This document shows, piece by piece, positions 20,201-23,664 of a stretch of DNA of 23,664 bases (the stretch's first letter is position 1; every line of letters begins with the position of its first letter). A model generated the notes under the pieces. That model saw only the letters and a list, made by a program, of their open reading frames with translations, was not told the origin of the DNA and searched no databases. The position numbers and the translations under genes were made by a program. The DNA is from Octopus sinensis (taxonomy: Eukaryota): positions 1 through 23,664 of the forward strand of contig NW_021836607.1 in the NCBI RefSeq assembly GCF_006345805.1, written 5' to 3'.

Positions 20201-21591
20201 ACCTTTTATACTTTCAGGGGTCGATAAATCAAGTACCAGTTGCGTACTGGTGTCGATCTAATCGACTGGCCCCCTCCCCCAAAATTTCGAGCCTCGTTCC
20301 TCGAGTAGAAAAGTATATTTATGTATCGTAATTTTTTGACATATTTTTCATTGTATATGTCTTAGGCCGGTCGTGGATTAGTAGTAAAAATGCGATTAAA
20401 AGTATGTTTCATTTCTGTTACAATAATCTATAGAATTTAAGTAAATTAAATCAACAACAATGCTTAACAAGCATTATATTTTATTAACCCCGGCGGGATG
20501 ACTGGCAAAGTGGACGCCAGCATGATTCGAACTCAGACTATAAAGAGACAGAATAAATACGCCAAAGCATTTTATTCGGTGATTTAACGACTCTGAGTGC
20601 ACGGGTTCGTGCGCGTATGCGTGCGGGTAGTGTGCTTGTGTATGCATGTGTGTATGCGTGCTTTCATACGATATGTATGTGTTCATATTCGAGCATGTGG
20701 TGTGAACGTGTACGTGTGTGCGTGGTGTGTATGAGTACTTTCTATGGTTTGACTTCTGCATCATCATCATCATCAATAACAACAACAGTACAACAACTTA
20801 CCTTCTTGAAGTTCAGCTCCACTAACAAGTCAATGATGGCTGTTTGTAGATATTCTCCTCTCTCTCGAAGACTGAAGACGTTACAGTTATTAGAACTTAG
20901 AGATGTTTCACCACAGAACGGTGGGATAATGGTGAAGTGCAACAAATTACAAGCCTTTGGCTGTGAATTCAGCAAATGGAACGTGCTGCACGAAATCTTC
21001 GAGATAATTGCTGTCATGTTCTTCTTGAGAAATTCCGAGACTAAAATAATGAAAGCTTAAATAGATTATCTAATTCATAATTAGCAATCTGGAACATTAA
21101 CACATGAACGACGCGGGGTAACTGTGAACAGGTTTCGATCTTGAATCAATACCTAGACATATGAAGCTATAATCCAATGCTTAAGCCTCCGCCTAATTTT
21201 ATCAGCGACTCATAGTCTTCTCCGTATTTATGAAATAATGATGGGTGTAGAAAATGCTTTATAAATTTTTCAGAATTGTTGGTTTGGAACAGTCGGAGAA
21301 TATGGTTACTTTGGAATTAAACAATTCAAAGACGATATTTGCATGAAAAACAATATCTCAGTTTGCATTTATCGTACACGCCGAAGTAGTAATGAATGGG
21401 TAAAAAAAAAAAAAAGAATAGAAAATGGAATTACTTACGTTGGAAAATAATATTAATGGGATCATGTTGCTTTAGAATGAATGTCTCCACTGTAACCGAC
21501 TGAAGGTCGCAAGCGTTTAACATATAAGCGAAATGGGCCGCTCTTTCTGCGACTTTGTTCTCCTTTTGGATCGGTTCTTCGAGTAGAAGAC
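4168..21591 (-). CDS. Divergent ionotropic glutamate receptor-family gene (non-NMDA/IR-like, with ATD); span of the 10 confidently joined exons, incomplete at both ends
   Basis: Manual splicing gives 622 stop-free codons with consistent phases (1,1,0,0,0,0,0,2,0,1 into exons 2-11). iGluR motifs: [62 protein letters not shown]. Subfamily not assignable by eye. Confidence 0.93.
4798..4992 (-). mobile_element. tRNA-derived SINE, family B (Nin/Deu-domain-like)
   Basis: Reverse complement reads aaggcggcaagttggcagaatcgttagcacg...gagttcaaat...tttcatcctttcgggg...agtac, as in other family B copies. Confidence 0.85.
5086..5410 (-). CDS. iGluR exon 10 (S1 end, M1, M2): [25 protein letters not shown]...[11 protein letters not shown]
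   Basis: catgtag| acceptor, CAAG|gtagca donor; 325 nt, phase 0 to 1; hydrophobic M1 ([19 protein letters not shown]). Confidence 0.95.
6121..6310. repeat. Compound (TG)n(TA)n(GA)n(CA)n microsatellite
   Basis: Seen directly. Confidence 0.95.
6572..6648. repeat. (CTA)n(CTG)n(CTA)n trinucleotide tract
   Basis: Seen directly; intronic, 64 nt downstream of the exon 9 donor. Confidence 0.95.
6712..6802 (-). CDS. iGluR exon 9 (S1): [30 protein letters not shown]
   Basis: tatttcag| acceptor, CAT|gtaaat donor; 91 nt, phase 2 to 0; [10 protein letters not shown] motif. Confidence 0.95.
6914..7078. repeat. (ACAT)n followed by (AT)n
   Basis: Seen directly; about 30 perfect ACAT units. Confidence 0.97.
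7212..7281 (-). mobile_element. 5' head fragment of SINE family A
   Basis: Reverse complement aggcgcaggagtgcctatgtgctaagaagattgcttcccaaccacatgg...ttcagtcccactg. Confidence 0.8.
7347..7570 (+). mobile_element. SINE family A with internal deletion
   Basis: Head aggcgcaggagtggctgcgtggtaag joins directly to the 3' half (gtccccgtaac...ggcggtgttccagcatgg...gactgaaac). Confidence 0.85.
7772..8660 (+). mobile_element. Internally deleted, inactive mariner (Tc1/mariner) transposon
   Basis: 26-bp TIRs at 7773-7798 and 8634-8659 (21/26 identical), with TA at the left end. Transposase remnant from ATG 7967: [27 protein letters not shown], then a jump to the C-terminal KW..R..RC...EYFEGD. Contains a frameshift and TGA stops. 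Confidence 0.95.
9110..9198 (-). CDS. iGluR exon 8 (S1): [29 protein letters not shown](R)
   Basis: ctttcag| acceptor, AG|gtaaat donor; 89 nt, phase 0 to 2; absent from the ORF track; classic EP+.M...YEG.CID+L..L. Confidence 0.95.
9896..10235 (-). mobile_element. Two degenerate family B SINEs in tandem (about 9896-10050 and 10070-10235)
   Basis: Reverse complement of the gagttcaaat / gaggtcga / tttcatcct / ggggtcgat blocks. Confidence 0.75.
10250..10875 (+). mobile_element. Three tandem family B SINEs (about 10250-10400, 10401-10650 with (ATT)n tail, 10655-10875)
   Basis: Each shows ttctgagttcaa.ttcc..cga.gtcga.ttt..ctttcat.ctttcgggg or a decayed form. Confidence 0.88.
11378..11605 (-). CDS. 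iGluR exon 7 (ATD end, S1 start): [16 protein letters not shown]...KKVATW...[11 protein letters not shown]
   Basis: tttttag| acceptor, TTG|gtaaat donor; 228 nt; FD..G, KV.TW and N.T.RV motifs. Confidence 0.92.
11925..12282. mobile_element. MITE with 64-bp terminal inverted repeats
   Basis: 11925-11988 versus reverse complement of 12219-12282: 61/64 identical. Termini AG...CT, flanked by ATAA (left) and TTAA (right). Confidence 0.85.
12622..12750 (+). mobile_element. Partial family B SINE
   Basis: ttcaaattctgccgcggtcaac...tttcatcctttcga...atcgatgtaatcgact. Confidence 0.75.
12825..13247 (-). mobile_element. Near full-length SINE family A
   Basis: Reverse complement: aggcgcaggagtggctgtgtggtaag (A box), ggttccgggttcagtcc (B box), central (TA/TG)n, 3' part ending gactgaaacaagtaaaaga; CpGs retained. 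Confidence 0.92.
13368..13830 (-). mobile_element. 3' end of an R4/Dong-like LINE (restriction-like endonuclease, RLE), with 3' UTR and (TAA)n tail
   Basis: [25 protein letters not shown]...KE..KV.RY..L..E+..LW...V..IIVGTLG, then (shifted) [18 protein letters not shown]; PD..D/E-type RLE. Confidence 0.9.
14045..14195 (-). mobile_element. Second RLE-LINE C-terminal fragment
   Basis: [42 protein letters not shown], the typical RLE C-terminus; diverged from the 13368-13830 copy. Confidence 0.85.
14370..14890 (+). mobile_element. Decayed 3' ORF2 fragment of a Tx1/L1-clade LINE
   Basis: With frameshifts: [26 protein letters not shown]...[10 protein letters not shown]....LWSY.E..LSR; zf-RVT-like CCHC region. 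Confidence 0.75.
14989..15090. repeat. (GAT)n / (GATCAT)n tract
   Basis: Seen directly; intronic, just downstream of the exon 6 donor. Confidence 0.95.
15156..15290 (-). CDS. iGluR exon 6 (ATD): [20 protein letters not shown]...KADILQ
   Basis: ttttcaag| acceptor, CAG|gtaaac donor; 135 nt; AYIADAV matches the ATD AL+YDAV helix. Confidence 0.9.
15803..16015 (+). mobile_element. 3' part of SINE family C
   Basis: ctccagt.cact.a.ctgg...cagccttgtcaca...tgtgtc...ctcag.cacttgcacg, shared with 3778-3930 in the opposite orientation. Confidence 0.75.
16070..16206 (-). mobile_element. 3' half of SINE family A
   Basis: Near-identical to 12832-12975. Confidence 0.9.
16240..16398 (-). mobile_element. SINE/LINE-derived 3' tail with (GAT)n end
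   Basis: Reverse complement ggttggtgttaggaagggcgtccagccgtagaaac...cccatgccagcatggaa...gatgatgat; resembles a recalled common octopus repeat; family name uncertain. Confidence 0.6.
16398..17080. repeat. Long compound TACA/TA/CA satellite with a higher-order 24-28 bp unit
   Basis: Repeating ACAC(ATAC)3(AT)4-6 in about 16467-16830, degenerating at both ends. Confidence 0.95.
17363..17545 (-). CDS. iGluR exon 5 (ATD): [15 protein letters not shown]...KPQMT; 5' boundary may be 17554
   Basis: ACG|gtaagt donor; the only in-phase AG is ccaag| at 17546; 183 nt; YWII matches the ATD Y/HW-I motif. Confidence 0.85.
17668..17905 (+). mobile_element. Old tRNA-derived SINE with V-domain-like body
   Basis: gtggccccgtgattaa (A-like), ggttcgatt (B box), aaccctgtaacagactgg...ggaaatccgcataag. 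Confidence 0.5.
18367..18570 (-). CDS. iGluR exon 4 (ATD): [11 protein letters not shown]...[10 protein letters not shown]
   Basis: ctttag| acceptor, GTG|gtaagt donor; 204 nt, phase 0 to 0. Confidence 0.9.
19023..19680. mobile_element. Foldback / large MITE-like palindrome: arms 19023-19318 and 19397-19680, ~78-nt spacer
   Basis: Arm blocks match in reverse complement (ttttagctcaat, gctgcgtctaaaactgag, gttacgcgtgt, cttcgtatactggtagaatgtg); TTAGGG-like repeats in the inner arms. Confidence 0.9.
19722..20313 (+). mobile_element. Three stacked family B SINEs (19722-19910, 19915-20148, headless 20149-20313)
   Basis: The middle copy is near-intact: ggcggtgagctggcagaaacgttagcacg...gagttcaaattccgccgaggtcgac...ggggtcgataaattaagtaccag. 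Confidence 0.92.
20480..20600 (-). mobile_element. Highly decayed family B-like SINE
   Basis: Reverse complement contains tctgagttcgaatc (B box) and gtccactttgcc.gtcatcc. Confidence 0.5.
20802..21040 (-). CDS. iGluR exon 3 (ATD): [13 protein letters not shown]...[16 protein letters not shown]
   Basis: ttttag| acceptor, AAG|gtaagt donor; 239 nt, phase 1 to 0; ATD-like AII..S and AIIDLLV..F/W motifs. Confidence 0.9.
21439..21591 (-). CDS. iGluR exon 2 (ATD start): (G)[50 protein letters not shown](L)
   Basis: tgaag|GT acceptor, C|gtaagt donor; 153 nt, phase 1 to 1; joins exon 3 in frame (C+TC=Leu). Confidence 0.85.
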
Positions 21592-21690
21592 CTTCAGATC
21601 AAACAAAACAACAGGAGTGTAGAATATTTTGTTATTCGCAGTCACGTGCTACATAGACAAATGGTTAAGTCTGACAAACCCCAAATACAC

Positions 21691-21742
21691 CAAAAATACT
21701 GGGTATTGATATAAAAAAAATAATTGGAAATGTAAACTTCAT
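21691..21742 (-). CDS. Putative exon 1: signal peptide MKFTFPIIFFISIPSIF(G); 3' boundary uncertain
   Basis: ATG at 21742, then K and a hydrophobic run, ~100 nt upstream of exon 2. A phase-1 donor G|gtgtat at 21691 fits exon 2; alternative T|gtcaga at 21676. The frame stops at TAA 21667-21665. Confidence 0.45.
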
Positions 21743-21909
21743 TCTTTTACTGTGGACAGAAGGTGGGTGTTTAGAGCGCAAGAAGATCCAAAGATTCGGG
21801 TAGTAATTTAAGGTTCATTCGTCATCAGGGGTCATGGTTAAATGTGCCTGGAGGTGAAAACACGGAAACTATACTGCACAGCAGTGGTCTGACGCTTTTC
21901 TTCACCTGA

Positions 21910-22095
21910 AATTTGGTGGGGGTGGCTTAGTCGTATATATCAACCCCAGTGCTCGCCTGGTTCTTTTATCGACCCTGAAAAGATGAAAGGTAAAGTTGAC
22001 CCCGGCAAAATGTGAACTCAGAACGTAAAAGCCGGACGAATTGCTGCTCAGAATTTTGTCTGGCGTGCTAAGGATTCTGTCAGATTGCCACCTTA
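21910..22095 (-). mobile_element. Family B SINE upstream of putative exon 1
   Basis: Reverse complement aaggtggcaatctgacagaatccttagcacg...ttctgagttcaca...tttcatcttttcagggtcgataaa. Confidence 0.8.
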
Positions 22096-22149
22096 ACAAT
22101 AATAATAATACAAATTAAACAATCAGTAAGGGATTAAAGGAACGAAGTT

Positions 22150-22945
22150 GCAGCTAAAGAAGATGCTACAGAGGAAATAATTATAGACCAGCCCAGGTCT
22201 GATGAAAATGCAGTAATGATTGAAAGAGTTAATGTAACTGATAAGTAAAGTGAAATAATCTCTGAACCAAACATAAACACTAAGGCAGATGAAATTCAAA
22301 TAGATGAAGGAAGTCACACAGAAATTGACCCAACAGAACTACATGATCTAAAAAATCAAATCATGATTGAATGGCTGAAAATTAAAGAAATCAGTATGAA
22401 TGAACGCGACACTCTCCCCAAAATTCGAAATTCTAACCAAAACCTGAAAATAATTGATAAAATCTGCCTTGCACTTAAGGATATAATTTCAGCTAATGGT
22501 GTTGATATTACAGATCTCAACCACATGTACTATGCATCGCGAAAATCTCAACGATTCTATGTGGTGAAAACGACAACATTCCCACAAAAAGCCTAATTGG
22601 CAAGAACGTATTCAACACCAAATTCAGCTACTTAGATCTGACATAGAATGTTTGAAAACCTTAAGTTTGACAAGATTGTCAAACCAACAAAAATCCGAAA
22701 ATTAAAGAAAAAATCATACTTGACATCGATACCACCATAGAAACTATCAAGCAAAAGGTATGTGCTAAAGCTGCCCGCATAGCGCGTTATGAAAAGCGCG
22801 TTAGATTCTTCAAGGACAACATGTTCAAAAATAACCCAAGAAATTTTTACAGGGAGATAGGGAAAATACCAGTTACAGTAAAGTCTGTCCCATCAAAAGA
22901 AGTGCAGGAACTTTGGAATAAAATTTGGGCAGAAGGAAAGGTTCC
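22150..22945 (+). mobile_element. Decayed internal fragment of an R4/Dong-like LINE ORF (upstream of the RT domain)
   Basis: With frameshifts: ER..LPKI, DLNHMYYAS, PNWQERI..QI..LR.DI, IKQKVCAKAARIARYEKR..FFKDN.FKNNPRNFYREI, P...VQELW.KIW. Confidence 0.8.
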
Positions 22946-22976
22946 ATCGATTGATAGAATATCTACTGACTCCCAA

Positions 22977-23190
22977 AAGCGGGATGTCAGTATCGTTAAC
23001 ATACCGAACCAAATGCAGTGTTTCTTCGGCTTTTTCACTTTCTGAGTTCAAATTCCGCCGAGATCGTCTTTGCCTTTCAGCCTTTCGGCATCGAAGAAAT
23101 TAGTACCAGTTGAGCGCTGGGAACACGATGTATTCGACTAGTTCCCTCTCCAAAATTTTAAACCTTGTGTTCATAATAGAAAGAAATATA
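22977..23190 (+). mobile_element. Family B SINE that truncates the LINE fragment
   Basis: tttctgagttcaaattccgccgag...tttgcctttca.cctttcgg...agtaccagttgagc.ctggg. Confidence 0.8.
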
Positions 23191-23664
23191 TAAGAACGAT
23201 ACACGTTAGATATTAGTCCTCTAAAAAGACGAGATAGTCATGGACGGAATGCTTCAAATCAGCGATTTTCAGACTGATAACTACCGACATTGTTTCGACG
23301 CACACCCACCATTCACTCATAATTAATAAGGCGACATGACAGTGTTTGTCACCATTTACGTCATTGTTCGCCATGATGGCTGCCAAGTTTTAAAAAATAG
23401 GAAACCATCTTAATTTTATTTGTCGTGTCAGCTTGTTCCTCTTCTGATGTGAAAAAACATTACTTTAAATTATAGGGTTACTAAATAAATAAATACCTGA
23501 AGTTAAACAACAACAACAACAGTAGGTAAGAGGAGGAAAATTTATACATCACTGTGAAAAAAAAAAAATCCACAATAGAAGTCATATGTGTGTTATATAG
23601 ATAGATAAATAGACAGACAAACAAGTAGATAGGTAGGTAGTTAGACAGATAGATAGATAGATAG

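Noticed and set aside
23190-23370. Short minus-strand ORF MANNDVNGDKH... as iGluR first exon
   Set aside because: No signal-peptide character and no convincing phase-1 donor.
1-23664. CRISPR array or other prokaryotic system
   Set aside because: No regularly spaced direct repeats with unique spacers and no operon-like ORFs; the recurring motifs are dispersed SINE copies in a spliced eukaryotic gene.

Overview
AT-rich, microsatellite- and SINE-dense animal DNA, most likely a coleoid cephalopod (Octopus-like); this is inferred from recalled repeat families, not a database search. The main feature is a minus-strand ionotropic glutamate receptor (iGluR)-family gene that the ORF track fragments. 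I assembled ten exons by hand (21591 down to 4168, 1868 nt, 622 codons) with GT-AG junctions, matching phases and no stop. They encode an amino-terminal domain (ATD), S1, M1, the M2 pore loop, M3 and the start of S2. The protein is atypical: the pore loop reads MQQV rather than MQQG, and the gate reads YYTATLAST rather than SYTANLAAF. Its ends are unresolved. The signal-peptide exon has no clean donor, the rest of S2 appears only as a decayed, unjoinable remnant near 3200-3430, and no convincing M4 exon is in the window. Downstream of the remnant lies a CpG-depleted block. The introns hold many tRNA-derived SINEs, an internally deleted mariner, R4/Dong-like and Tx1-like LINE fragments, a MITE with 64-bp terminal inverted repeats (TIRs), and a ~660-bp foldback with TTAGGG-like repeats. 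Several of these could fold the pre-mRNA into long dsRNA. No prokaryotic-type systems, CRISPR arrays, rRNA or true tRNA genes were seen. Exon numbers assume the putative signal-peptide exon is exon 1.
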